Source: Ruditapes philippinarum (Eukaryota). From it: DNA of 64,000 nucleotides. The notes below the pieces were generated by a model. That model searched no databases, was not told where the DNA came from, and saw only the letters and a list, made by a program, of their open reading frames with translations. Both the position numbers and the translations under genes were made by a program. The stretch covers positions 496,001-560,000 of the forward strand of contig NW_026864815.1 in NCBI RefSeq assembly GCF_026571515.1, given 5' to 3'. Every line of letters begins with the position of its first letter. Positions within the stretch are counted from its first letter, which is position 1. Positions 1 to 13,127 of the stretch are shown in pieces.

Positions 1-2
1 TT

Positions 3-1201
3 TCTCCAGAAGTCAGTGGCAACATGAGTCTTAAATTCATCGCAAAACTAGCTGATAGCAGTTTTACTCCATCTGTTACAGTTCAGTTATTTATTCTGAA
101 TAATCCGTGTGTTTATGGTCATTGCAGTCCGCTTACAAGTGTTGGATGTGATGACGTACTACGATCCATATCATTTTCAGATTTCCAGTGTGTATGTCAC
201 CCTGGATATGAGGGTCAATGGTGTCAGGCCGAAACGAATGAGTGTCAGTGGGAACCTTGTGCTCTTATGTTTGACTGTGAAGATTTGATTAACGAATATA
301 AATGTAACATTAACATACCAAAATTAATGGCCATATTGATATGTTCAATACTTGCTATTGGAGGGGCATCGTTCCTGCTTTGGAAGTTAGTAAATAGGTT
401 CAAAACTTACAAAGTCAACAAAGTAACTCCTAGCACGTAAGTAATATCATAATATTTTAAATAAAAACGAAATAAGTTGTTAAACAGTCTAGATAAAAAG
501 AATGTAGACAATTTTCTTAATCGTAAATACTGGCTTAAGCATGCAAGTAAATATTAGTCCTTAAACAACATCCGTTGCTATTTTACGAATTACCTGAGCT
601 ATGTTAGATAATGTGTCGTCTTTTGCCAAGTGCTGTTATGACCGAGGATATTACAGGATTTATTTCTTTAATAATGTACAAATTCATAGTCACTCTATGT
701 TTTTAGAATGTGATGTATTCAGTATTTGAATTTGCTTTCTTCTTTCGAAGGGTTGATCTAAAGAGCTCAGAGATAAATGAGACATTTGAGATGGACGAAG
801 AGCGGCCTACAACAAGTGCTTCAATATTTCTAGAATCTGCTCGACCAGGAACTCCTGCGGCTTCAACATTACTCGACGATTCCAGCAACGTTCCTGCAAT
901 AACATCATTTACAACAGCACCAGGTGTAATGCTTCCTCCTCACCATGCATTTAAGCACAAAGGGTTAAAATCTTCTAAACCCTCATTTAAACCTGGTCAG
1001 TTGCTGCTGTCGTATCCAAAGGAACCCATTGAGGCGAAGAACACGTCATTGAAAGCAAACGTTGAACATACAAGTCAGTCGCCGTTTAAGACCAATGAAG
1101 ACCCATTTGAGTTTGATGATTCCTCACAACGGACAACTGAATCACGGAATACGGAAGTGGGCGGATTATCTGCTATTGACATCACAAAGATAGAAATATG
1201 A
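3..1201 (+). CDS. 3' part of an EGF-domain single-pass membrane protein; exons <3..436 and 751..1201 (5'-partial)
   Basis: Frame is open from position 3. It encodes an EGF-like motif (PCVYGHC...FQCVCHPGYEGQWC), a truncated Ca-binding EGF (ETNECQWEPC...CEDLINEYKC) and a hydrophobic TM (LMAILICSILAIGGASFLLW). Donor AC|GTAAGT at 436/437 and acceptor TTCTTTCGAAG|G at 750/751 join in frame with ORF 710..1201 (S/T/P-rich tail, TGA at 1199-1201). Confidence 0.8.
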
Positions 1202-1603
1202 CGTTTAAGGACACTTTAAACTAATGACTAGCATAACATTTTATGTTTCCTCTTTGTAGCGCATCTCAATGTTTAGCATTATGTTTCTATGTGTTATTGT
1301 TTAGTTTTGTTTATCTTTGTTAGAAGAACACTACACCCTTTTTCAAATGATATATGATTGATTGAGTTTGTTTATTCTTTGTTATGATACTATTTTGTTT
1401 ATGTCAAAAGACTGTGAAAATATGTCTGCAATCGTTCCTTAATATTAATGCTTTTATGGTCAGACTTCATATTAAAGATTTCAACTGGGAATAATAGGTA
1501 ACATCAGTATACTTGAATTGATAATTACTGGTATTGAATATACATGTTTCACCGTCAAAATTTAGCAAAATATTTAGAAACGTGCTCTTTATTTTATAGT
1601 ATG

Positions 1604-1948
1604 CATCTGAGAACTTTATAATAAGCTAACAAAACTTTTTACAGCAGTACAATGTCAAACCATCTGAGGACTTTATAATTAGCTTACGAAAACTTTTTAC
1701 AGCAGTACAATGTCAAACCATCTGAGAACTTTATAATTAGCTTACGAAAACTTTTTACAGCAGTACAATGTCAAACCATCTGAGAACTTTATAATTAGCT
1801 TACGAAAACTTTTTACAGCAGTACAATGTCAAACCATCTGAGGACTTTATAATTAGCTTACGAAAACTTTTTACAGCAGTACAATGTCAAACCATCTGAG
1901 GACTTTATAATTAGCTTACGAAAACTTTTTACAGCAGTACAATGTCAA
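1604..1948. repeat. 58-bp tandem minisatellite, 6 copies
   Basis: Unit CATCTGAG(A/G)ACTTTATAATTAGCTTACGAAAACTTTTTACAGCAGTACAATGTCAAAC starts at 1604, 1661, 1719, 1777, 1835 and 1893; no unique spacers. Confidence 0.95.
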
Positions 1949-3735
1949 CACAGTATAAATTATATCTTCCGTGTGTTTGTACAAAAAAATAACGATGTCT
2001 ATTTTTTGTTGCTTTTTCGTTACCTTTTTGCAAAGCTAGTATTAAAATGTATTCATACGTGTCGACTTCTTGTTTTTGAAATATTCTTTAAGAGCTTCTT
2101 TGACAAATCTATGTTTATTAAAGACAGAAATGAAAGGCCGTGCCTGGCTGAACACAATTTTACTTCATGGGATTAGATAACATACCTTTGATTAATGTTC
2201 TGCTTATCGTTCTGTTACATTGCAAGCGAATCTTATCAGCAAGAAACAGGTGATTGTGTTTTAGTCTGATTTAGTCCTGGATCAACAAAAATTTCATTGG
2301 ATAGGAATTACGCTTGCCTTTTTACAAAATCGGTGCCGATTTCTTTTATTCTATTTATTTTAGATATATTTGACAATCAAAATACTACATAAACGAGTAT
2401 TCACTCTCTGTGTGGTACTTGGATATATTTAATATAATACAAAAAAGTAAAGAATAAAGATAATCACAGGTGTATTTCAGTGGCTCATTAGTTATGGATT
2501 TTAGCTTATCTCATCTACCTAAAAAATCATTTTACATAATTTATTCAATATAAATCATTTCAAACACTATTTAAATGCGTCGCGATTAGATGTGAGAACC
2601 AGCCTGTCTACAATCGGAGCCATGCTTGTTACCATATTATGTATATACGTGCTTAGATTTTAATGCGTTTTGAGATCCAACCCTAAGTGTCTGTGTATAA
2701 AACCCGAAGTACTGAGAACTATTTCTTATACGGCACTTAACTAGAACGAAACGGTAAAATTTCAACAAGAAAAGAATACATTTTTCTGAACAAAATCATT
2801 TCTTTTAAATTATACTGAAAACTTCGGGGTCTAAGCTTAGTATAATGCGCATTTTTGTAAAATCTTCATCGCGGTACACTACTATGATTAAGGGTAATAG
2901 TGCCAGCTCAGACGAGCACTATATCTTTTTGTCGGACAGCTGACGTCATTTTGAATAAGGCCCGCTGACAATTATATAGATGAGGAAAGGAAAACATAAT
3001 TATAAGGTATTTTCATTTTCTAAGGAAATTAAACTTCCAATTTAAAGTAACTAGAACGTATAATTTTCAAGTAAAAGTTGACAAATGTGACATAAATTAT
3101 GGCTCTGGTGTCAGCCTCGGTCTAAATCTATTTGTTACTTTGGTAAAATAAATTTATGGGAAAAAAACAAACAAAAAACTTACAAATATGGTCTGAATGT
3201 ACAACTATATGGTTGGTCGAGTTAAATATTTTCTAGTACGTCTATTTAATAAAACATCGGGGAATAAAAATTTGCCATGCCTTTGACATTTGAAATGTAC
3301 CCCTTGTTACCTTTGAACCATTGAAACATTATAATAAGATCTCGATTATATGAATCAAATCTGATCCAATCTATAGAGTGAAATTAATCTATTAAAGAGA
3401 GATAATTATGTGTACAAACTTGGAAATTTTGTATGCAGCATTGTCGAACTTGGAGATGAGATAAATTTCATCAGGTACCAAGTAGAATCATAATTTGCTA
3501 AAGAGTTCTCTTTAGCATTTCTAAATACTAGATATACACAGCTATGATGGGAACCATGCAACGGACATGTCCAAATATGGTACCGTATGTGTCACATATA
3601 TTATACATGTACTAATTTTCTATTCGTTGAATCGTATTAGCACTTGATTGGCGTATATTCTAAGGAGAAAAAATATAGGTTTATGATAAAATGTTTTATT
3701 CAGTGGTTAACTTTAATCAACATATAAGTATATAT

Positions 3736-3796
3736 GAGCCGCGTCACGACAAGACCAACGTAATGCGTTTGCGACCAGCGTGGATCCAGACCAGCC
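3736..3796. mobile_element. Left-end fragment of the ~240-bp palindromic MITE (Sola-like family)
   Basis: GAGCCGCGTCACGACAAGACCAAC...GGATCCAGACCAGCC matches the left arm of the full copies at 13260 and 46726. Confidence 0.75.
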
Positions 3797-4423
3797 TTAA
3801 AGACGGGGGTGATTTGATTTATAACCACAACTTAGTGTAATCTTTTAAACTTGATATATCAAATCATTCATACATAATGTTGTGTAATTTTATTTGAATG
3901 GCAGAAAGTTGCTGATGCTCAGAAATAAAAGTTCCTGATAACTGATGTATTCTTTTCGTGATTGATGCGACAGTCAGCTTAAATGTTGAAAGCACTTGCT
4001 TGTGTTGTAATGTTAAAGATTGATCCTGGGTTATTTTTTCTGAACGTTGAGATTTGACCCTGCCAACATTTAACCTTAAACTTTGATAAAAATATCGTTG
4101 AGATTTGATCAGACCTTAAACTTTGAATTCAAATAGGGGTAATTTCTTTGACGGTTGGTTAAATTTAAGTTAAACGTTAGAAAGCGTCAATTTGTAAACG
4201 AGAAACACTCAAAAACTCCCATAATTAAGCTTCTTAGAAATTACTTTAAAATGCCACTGAGAACTCCTCCGAGACAAGCTATATGATCTTTATGTTGGAC
4301 AGAGGAACTGTTAACTTAATTAACTTAATTTAAAGATCGATCCCTTATCATTCAAAATCATCGCTTATTTCTTGAAAAATATACAATAATAAGTGTTATT
4401 TTTTGTTTGCTTTGGGTTTTTTT

Positions 4424-4478
4424 GTTGTTGTTTTTGTTGTTGTTGTTGTTGTTGTTGTTTGTTTGTTTGTTTGTTTGT
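4424..4478. repeat. (TTG)n/(TTTG)n microsatellite
   Basis: Direct reading; it explains the poly-Leu ORF 4407..4607. Confidence 0.9.
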
Positions 4479-5485
4479 TTTTTCACAATTAAGCCTTCAT
4501 GTCACATGATTACAAACGAAACCTACGAATGTATTGAGCGAATGCGGAAGCGTGACATATTAGGAATAAGGCTCTGCGTGGAGAAATTTTACCACGACTT
4601 TCTATAATCTAAATAGTACGGTAAAGTTTGGATTTAAAACAAACGGGTTTATTTACATGGGCTCTTTCACTGATATTTTATATATAGAATTTGCAACAGC
4701 AGTTCGTTCAGATTTGCTACCGGCGCAAAGAAAGGATGCTCGCCATGTGTGCGTGCAGTTATAGGTTCGATTTTTATTGCTTATTTTATCATCAATGATT
4801 TATTATCCTCCAACATACACCTACATTCAAGCACCTTTAAAGAAAAACGTAACATATAACGAGGTTAGGGGGCATGCCGTTAAGCTGTCGAGAAAAAAAG
4901 AAGGGAAAATCCAAATGAATAATCACTGATATTTAAAAATGCAAAATTGATAAGTCTTAATAAAATCCTTTTACAAAATTTAAGTTAAGTATTTAACTAT
5001 TAAAAAAATAATATAAAACGACCAACACAGTCAAACTCTTTAATCTAAAAGATAATATAGCAAGTCAAAATCTTAAGTTTTGAGTAACTGATATCTTTCC
5101 CGAATAGCTTTCGGCAACATAACCGTGTTTTGCTTTATCACTTTGTCACCGTCGTGCTTTTTAAATAATCTGTCTGAAATGGCATGCATGGCGCTGGCGG
5201 TAGAACTGCCGCGTCTTAAACTGGTGTGTCGTATAAATCAGGATTGAAATCTAATTCTGACAGGATTTCCCGGAATAATTCCCTGAATCTTTTATATCAT
5301 AAACTTAAATTATTTCTAAATATATTTAAATTTTTTCTTTTGTGTAAAGAAAGAGAAATAAATCATTGCTAGTTTTAATATTCCCTTTTTAAAGTAAAGA
5401 CTTAGCGTATTATAAGGACATGTTACTGTTTTCGCGATAAGGCCATTCTGTCCTTGTTCGTTTGATCCGTTTTACTTGGATCTAA

Positions 5486-6349
5486 AGGCCCAGTCACACC
5501 ACCCGAACTTTGTTGTAGCGTTCCTTGAACGGTAGGAAAAGGGGACCGAATTTCGACAACGCTAGTCACCGCGCATAAATATGAAAAAAATCGAAAACAC
5601 GGTCGTTGCCTTAGCGGTGCACCTCTAAAGCCCGCGTTGCTATAGCGTTGGCTTAACGGTAGGAAGTGGTAGCAAGCGTTGGTTGAGCGTTGACACGAGC
5701 GTTGATGTAGAGCGGTGTTCTGTGCATTCGGGCGTTGGCTCGGCGGTGGTTTAAAGTTGATTTAGCGGCGTACTGCTTTTGACTACGGAGCTGAACGAAT
5801 CGCTGTGATAGAATTTCCAAATCGGCTCTTGGTCCATTTCTCCCGGTATTTATAGACAAATTATGGTCCCGCTCCGCAACCTCCATACCAACGAAAAACC
5901 AATTGAAGTTCATCACAACAATGGATCGCTGCTTCAACGCCCTACACCGTTCCAACAATCCCGTGTTCGCTCGTAAAACGCTTACAATCGCCCACCAAAG
6001 TTTGTGCAACGTTTAATCACTGCCCGGGAAAAGCTGGCGAAGCAGCGGTGGTCTAGCGTTCGAGTATTCTGCGTTGGCCAAGCGGGCTCAAGCGTCCATG
6101 AACTTGCGTCCAGCGGTGCCAAACTTTGACTGTGCGTTGTTGGGGCGGTGGTAAACTTTGCCGCATCTAAACATTTGTGCAGCTCAAAACTTTCGGAGCG
6201 GAAGAAGGGACCATAAGCGGTGGCCGAGCGTAAAGAGCGTTGCCCTAACGGGGGCCAACTTCTGATGAACGAACGGTAACGAGCGGTGATGATTTTTTTT
6301 CACCGCTCCAGGAACGCTCCAGTTAAGCTGTTGCGGTGTGACAGGGCCT
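5486..6349. mobile_element. Non-autonomous PIF/Harbinger-type element (864 bp)
   Basis: TIRs AGGCCCAGTCACACC / GGTGTGACAGGGCCT (1 mismatch) with further subterminal similarity. 3-bp TAA TSD at 5483-5485 and 6350-6352. GC-rich interior without a transposase. Confidence 0.85.
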
Positions 6350-7526
6350 TAATACATAACTCCAGGTGATCTTTGTAAACTACGCTAGAAAATTTTTAAT
6401 TTCTTAATTCTGGAATGCGAAGAAATCCGGCAAAATCTGTTACAACAAAAGTTTATGTCCTTAGTTTGTACAAATCTACAGCGTCAAGCGGAAGGATTGT
6501 AAACATCTTTGTAATGTCTTCAGATGTCAAAACTTTTTTCTTATCTACAGGTGAACCGTACAACTTTTTTGCCGCAGTTAAAACTGAATTAACCGTTTTT
6601 GACTCACATAGGTTCTTTTTAAATCAATGAAACTAAAAACAAAGCAATGTGAAAATCCAAGACGGGATCTATTTTAACTTTTTCATCTGATTGCACCATG
6701 CAATCCATTTTCTGAAGTAAGACGAATATAATTTCCTGGTATTGTCAGATTTACTTTAAAGCAATATCTCGGGTAATTTATTTATTTGCTTTTAAATTTT
6801 GATTCTCTTTATCTTTCAATATGCCAAATTAAAAAATACACTGTATCTGACAAAGTAAAATAATAAACAAATTAAGCTGGAAAACTTGACTCCAATTACC
6901 TATTTTGTTTTAATTTGAGTGAACATCAATTATTTTATACATTTCAATTTAGTTGCACAGCTTTTATCACACGTGTCGAAATAACGAGAATTCCTACTCG
7001 CCATGGCGAGAAAATATAAATGTTTATACGCTGCAGAGAAAACAACTTTTAAAAGTTGTTTATAGAAAAGCACAAATCGACAAATTTGAAGTAGCAAACT
7101 TACATAAAGTTACTTAGTTCGGCCTCTGAAATTTTTTTCAAGAAGCAAATTATTTGGTTTTCTAAATTTGGGACTGGAACTTTGTGACTGACCAATGTCA
7201 ACAAAATGGCGACTGTGTGGTCCAAAAATCTTCATGACGTCAACAAATAGATTACGTCACATATTTATCAATAAAAATATCAATTAAAGTGATGATTTTC
7301 ATTATGGTATGTGTCGGAATAACAGGTATGTCAGATTAAGGTGTAATAATAATCTCAATGACATATTTGAGGAAATATTTTAATATAAAAGCTATGATTT
7401 CAACATATTTTATATTTATTACGGTTTATTACGGTTTATTTACTGTAAAAGAAATAGATAAGTAAATAAAAGTTAGTGGACTAAATCAATTAGATGAAAG
7501 TTACATACGCACCGTTAAATTATTTT

Positions 7527-7540
7527 CAAAATGGCTGCTG
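7527..7540 (+). promoter_or_regulatory. YY1-like motif CAAAATGGCTGC overlapping the start codon
   Basis: Motif match only. A second CAAAATGGCG lies at ~7202 and a CRE-like TGACGTCA at ~7235. Confidence 0.3.
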
Positions 7541-10500
7541 CTGGACGTGGTAGGGGCCGGGGACGAGGTTTATTAGCTAGAGAACTGCCAGAAGATGCCC
7601 AAACACGGCCTGGAAGTATTGCATCAGAAGATCCTAAGGTTGTTTTCATTGTTATGCATAGTCTTAAAGTATTTTCTTGTCTAAAATGATTTTTGAAGCT
7701 ATTAATTTGATTCGTCTTGTTTGGAGAAGTGGGTGGAGTATCATGAAAGATTAATCAGGAGTCCAAAATACGTTGTTCTTTTATCAGCTTTATTCATATT
7801 ATTCTGTAATCAATTAACGCTTTGTATCCCAGTTTACCAGTACACACTCACTCCACATGTCTGAAATCAAAATGCATGTAGATCTATACATATATAAGGG
7901 TACCTCATGATTATCTGCACACTCTCAGCACTGACAGCGTTTTCTGCAATACCGCTGCAAAACATATTTTTCTTCTGCTGACACATGAGGTGGTGGTCCA
8001 GAATGAAAGGGTATTTTTCCAAGCAATATCTATGTCTAGGTGTTTCCACCACAGACAAATAATTGACAACTCAATTGCATTATTACAATGTATTAATGAT
8101 TAAATCACTCATGAATCCTTTTTTCGTGGGGTAACACAAAATACATACTGGTTGAAGACCACCAAAACTGGACAACCATCAAACCAGGACGGCTGTGAAA
8201 ATTCATGATTTAGGGTTTTTTTATTTGTTCAGTGGTTCTGCCGCTTTTATATCAACAGTAACTGCATGTTTGTTCTATAATTAAGTAAGTAAATTTATTT
8301 CAATTTTCTTGAATGGTAATATTTTAATGTCTTTCAAGGACGCAAGAGTGCAATGCCCGTCTGACCTCTTATACTATCTATAATCATTTGCAGAGTGAAT
8401 AACAGAATATCCAAAACTTCTGCATTTGCTGCTGAAATATTTTATATCATGTTAAAAATAAAAAAAAATAAAACACCAAAGCTTTTATTGAATTTAATCA
8501 CGGACATATCTGTCCGGACACATTGTACTGATGACATGTGTGGACAATTTATTGATACCCTCCTTCACAGGCCTCAGATATAAATATCAAAATATTAATC
8601 AGAAATAAACAAACTAGTATGTTAGTTAGGAGAAGAACATAGCTGTACTGTGTCAAATTTTCAGATCTCTAACTTTAAAATTATAAAATCTGTATGGAAA
8701 AATGTTTAAAAAGTGTCCGGTTGGTGGTCCCCAACCAGTAATGTTTTAGATTAGTTTATGACCAGGGATCATCCCGGAAATGTGGGCAATTATTTTCAAC
8801 ATTATGTCATTAATGATTTGAGAAATTTATATATATTTCTAGCATTTCTTGAAATAATTCTTGATGATTGTAACTATGTTTTTCAACAGCATATACAATC
8901 ACTTTAAAACACTTAAACAACGCCAGTTTTTAGTTTTTAATGATTAATGTGTCAACAGGCCAAATAAGTATTATGTTCCTGTTAGATAATACTACCATTG
9001 AGTTTAATGATTAAATGTGTCAACAGGCCAAATAAGTATTATGTTCCTGTTAGATAATACATTATACTACCAGGATGATTATAAGAATGACTGTATGATG
9101 ATAAAATCAAAGAAAGGGTAGTCAAAGTTTGCACAGGGAAGACTAATTTATTGCTGTTGTGGAATCATAAATTTTTATTGATAAAAAATTTAAATTATCA
9201 ATAATTTATTTAAAATTTAATAAAGGTCTGTTTGCCAGTGTTACTTTTTTATGGGTAGTTTTGCCAAAACCCTGCTAAACTTTCGAGAACCCAAGCCTTA
9301 AAAATTTTTTTTAAAAATTTTGGTATGATGCAAATTGTCAGTGATTTCACGTAACACTTAAGTTAAATCTAAGTTCATGTCTGTATTAAGGGGAGAATAC
9401 TCTGTCATTAGTTACTATACAGTTTTAGAATTATAGCCCTTTAAACTGTGGAGTATTCTTTGATTGTTTGATGACAAATATTCATGTCTACAAGACTAGT
9501 AGTTCAAACCCCACACAAAGCAATTTTTGTTGTTTTTTTCCTTGTATATATATATTTTGATTTTTCTTCAATTTGAATATTCTTATCTACAATGTATGTG
9601 ATATGAATATAATTAGAAAAAACACAAGAGTGATTTTGAAGTACTTAAAATGATATATATATCATATGGCTCTGTCCAGATTGAAGGATTGACAAGTCTG
9701 TTGAAGATTTAGCATAGTATGAGATTATGAAATTTTCTTTTTTCTTATATATTTAGGTGTCGGAAAATGGTGTAGAAGTGAAGAAAGAAGGAACATCAAA
9801 ACAAGACAGTCTTCTAGAATTACAACATATTCTTAATAATCTAACTCTAGATGTTAGTGACCATGATCTAAACGAGTTGTATCAGTTAGCCGAATCTGCT
9901 TCTTTTAACACAGACAATGATATAAAACTATGTGTAACAGAACAAGTATATTCCTAAATTCACGTCAGCACAGGGAGTTTTGCTAAAACCGGAGCTTTTA
10001 TATGTGAAAAACTTGCATCGTTGGAGGTTAATGGAACAAAGTTTAGATCTTTGTTGCTTTCAATGATTCAAGCAGATTATAAAGGTACTAAATTCCAATG
10101 TTTTTTATGCTGTTGAATGGGGATGGCATATAGTTTTTGCAGTGTCTGTCCCAACTTTGTGTCTGGTCCATGTCATTTATGGATGAATTTTGAAAAAAAA
10201 AATGCATAAATATGCTGCTTATTATGTCAAAAATCATGATATGATAGTGCATTGATAGTCATGTCCAGTCTATAGCATATCTTTGTCATTCAGTGACAGA
10301 TTTTGTTTTAACTTCCCTTAAATATATTTTAAAGAAATATGATGAACTTGAACAGGATTAAGGTCACAATAAGACTATTATGACATAGCTTCATGAAAAT
10401 TCATTAATGTTCATATCAAGTCATGGATTTTGTCATTCATATATACATTTTGAAAGAACTAGGCATGCTTTTGTTGTACATTGGACAAAAGCTGTATGAA

Positions 10501-13010
10501 AATTATTTAAAAAGAAACCTCTCATTGTTGAGAAATACATCAATCTACATGATCTGCAATGATCCAAAAGGGTATTTGATCCAAAAAAGATGTTTCAATA
10601 AGTGAGGTTGTGCATAATACTTTGTTGCGAATGCAAATCATTGAATGTTATTTCAACTTCTGTTGTTGTTGTTATATTTTACAGATAAAGACAGTCTCCG
10701 TTCAAAATCAGTATCAAAATTTTTAAACATTTTAAGTTTTATGTGTCAAGTATTTGGCACAATGAGGACAGCAGGTGGAGAAGTATTTAAACCTCTAGTC
10801 TCACCACTGTACGAGTGTTTTTTAATATGATTCTAGACAGTGAGCAATGTGATAATGATTGAGTATGAATGCCTTAATGAAACAAGTAAGTTAATACCTT
10901 CCGTTTTCAATGCGTTTTTTTAAATTTTTAAGAAAAGAAACTGATGCTTTATGGTCTCAAGACCTCCAGATTTGTTAGTTTTAGTTCTACAACTGCAATT
11001 CGTCAGTGATGATTATTGTGTTAATAATATACAGGTACATGAATGTTTGATGCAATGTCTTTATTTCCATTTAAGTGTTAATGTTAGCTAATTTTAGTGG
11101 GAAAGGAGATGATACTGAGTATGCTGAATCTAAAATCTTTCAATAGTGACTTATTTGATGCTGCAGAGTACTGTTTTAAGAGCCCATATTACCAGATTTT
11201 ATTTTGAAAAAGAGTTGATCTGGTGCTGGATTCCAAGAATTTTAATATTTGACTGGTGTTGAGTTTAATAAAGCTCATGTACTAGTAATTTGTTTTGCAG
11301 AGTGCACACATCCAATGTTGTAATTTGTTTTTGAGAGTGCAACATCATGTTGTAATTTGGTTTTGAGAGTGCACAATATCAGATACTGTTATTCCTGTCG
11401 CAAAACTATTTTTGGTGTGTAGGGAATCTGCTTTGCAACACTTTGGTTGCTATTAAATCAAATATATCTGTTTATAAAAATGTATGTTTTCTTACTTCAG
11501 TTACAGTCAATTGGAAGAGATCTAGAACAAAGTGACAGAGATAAAATGGAACAAATGATGTTTAAAATCAGGTCAAAGGTCATTAGGAATGGGTAAGAAG
11601 GAGCATAAATATTTATTTATTTATAACATGATGTATAACTGTATTAATTGGCAAAAAGCACCAAGAGCAATACAAGGTTTAGAAAATTTGACAATGACTT
11701 GAGTAGCTTTTTGGAAAACTATAACAGTAAACCAAAAGTAAAAAAAACTTTTGAGAAATGAAAATAAAAGCATTCCTTGGGAATAATAGGTCTTAATAAA
11801 GTCTGTATCACTATGACTAAAATCTTGGCATTTGCGTTATTACTGTATATCACATTTCTTCAGACATCTTATGTTAACATGTGGTTATTATAGCTGACTT
11901 TGATTCACTACGCCCTCAAATTTTATGCCCTCACTACTTGGAGCCCCTCACCGCTATGGGTTCGAATCCCGACGGACTTTGGATTCTTACATGTGAGGAA
12001 GCTATCCAGCTAGCTTACGGAACGTCGGTGGTTCTACTCTGGTGCCCATTCGTGCCTGAAATAATGCACAGAAGGGCACCTGAGGTCTTCCTCCACCAGT
12101 AAAGCTGGAACGTCGCGATATGACCTATACTGTGTCGATGTGACGTAAAAACCCAAAATAAACAAAAAACAAACAACAACTACTTGGGACTGATGAGTGG
12201 GGGGGGGGGGGGGGGGGCTTATAGATGTGCCCTCGTCTGTCAGATCTATTGTCTATAGACAGATAAGACAGTTGATTGAGATGCAAATGCATAATATGGC
12301 CTGATTTTTAGAACTTGAATTTGTTTAAATAAATTAATACACATGGTCAAATTTAGGCAAAAAGGAAAGGCAGCTAAGGATTCTCATTCACCTAAAAAAT
12401 TCAAAGAACTTTTATATATGAGCCCATCAATGACAAAAGCAACGATAAATGGGTTTGTGACCCATGCATGGATCCAGACCAGAGCCTGCGCAATCATCCG
12501 CACAGTCTGATCAGGATCCATGCTGTTCGCCTTACCAATCCTATTACAAGTAGAGAAACTGATAAGCGAACAGCATGGATCCTGATCAGAAACTGCGCAG
12601 ATGTTGCAGGCTGGTCTGGATCTATGCTGTAAAAACCCATTATGTTGGTTTTGTCATGACGCGGCTTCCTAATTAATTTTAAAAGTGGAGATGTGGGTTA
12701 AAATATACAAATCTATCTAAATTTTCAAACAGTTTACAAGAATGAGGAGGACAAAGCGCCATTTTATTGGAAACTGATAATCTCAGAGTTCCATGGAACT
12801 AAAAAATCATATATGAATTGGGTATTTTAATTTTCTTTTTAATCACATTTCAAGGGGTCCTAACGCCACAAGCAAGATGTACATTACTGGAGATCATCGA
12901 ATGGTCATTGGGTCGAGGCTTGGAAAGATTTTGGCAAGAATGTGTAGAACGATTTTATTGTGATAACGATGATGGACAATTTTAACAGATTAACATCTTC
13001 ATCATCCTAA
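7531..13010 (+). CDS. MIF4G-domain protein (CTIF / MIF4GD-SLIP1-like) with N-terminal RG repeat; exons 7531..7638, 9757..10084, 10685..10885, 11501..11592, ~12855..13010; frame disrupted in this sequence
   Basis: Exon 1 reads MAAAGRGRGRGRG... Later exons give FAKTGAFICEKLA...FRSLLLSMIQADY, LSFMCQVF...LVSPLYEC, LQSIGRDLE...MEQMMFKIR and ARCTLLEIIE..GW, which resemble the helical MIF4G/HEAT pattern of CTIF/MIF4GD. GT-AG boundaries are compatible. An in-frame TAA at 9955 and frameshifts in exons 3 and 5 disappear if single inserted bases are removed. Confidence 0.72.
8933..9060. repeat. ~65-bp direct tandem duplication (2 copies)
   Basis: TTTAATGATTAA(A)TGTGTCAACAGGCCAAATAAGTATTATGTTCCTGTTAGATAATAC occurs twice. 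Confidence 0.85.
11881..12179 (+). mobile_element. tRNA-derived SINE (main family, V/Meta-type core), composite site
   Basis: B-box GGTTCGAATCCC, core GTGAGGAAGCTATCCAGCTAGCTTACGGAACGTCGGTGGTTCTACTC...GTCTTCCTCCACCAGTAAAGCTGG, and an A/C-rich tail. ACTACTTGG is duplicated at ~11933 and ~12179. Confidence 0.85.
12420..12668. mobile_element. Palindromic MITE (Sola-like family), copy with many small insertions
   Basis: Same ~105-bp inverted arms as 46726..46960 but with many extra bases. Confidence 0.8.
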
Positions 13011-13127
13011 AAAAAACACCGTCTAATGGCTGTATAACTTTAATGTTACTTAATCTATATGTAAAAATGTGTATATGAATAGAAATATATAACAGAAAAA
13101 CCAAATTTTTTAAAGGAACTGATAATG

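Noticed and set aside
1604-1948. CRISPR-like array (also considered for the arrays at 16384-17690 and 43241-44760)
   Set aside because: Head-to-tail tandem units with no unique spacers and no cas genes, in a spliced animal locus.
5653-6009. 118-aa ORF as a gene or transposase
   Set aside because: It lies inside the GC-rich Harbinger-type MITE and has no DDE or other recognisable motif.
5389-6759. TTAA-flanked host element around the Harbinger MITE
   Set aside because: The putative TIR is only ~6 bp (AGTAAA/TTTACT), which is not distinguishable from chance.
9955-9957. Stop-codon readthrough or recoding, since the frame stays open after TAA
   Set aside because: Three nearby single-base insertions explain it better, and the other exons carry similar frameshifts.
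12190-12200. Hammerhead ribozyme core CTGATGA (also ~6263, ~8529)
   Set aside because: No stem II with GAAA and no matching cleavage triplet nearby.
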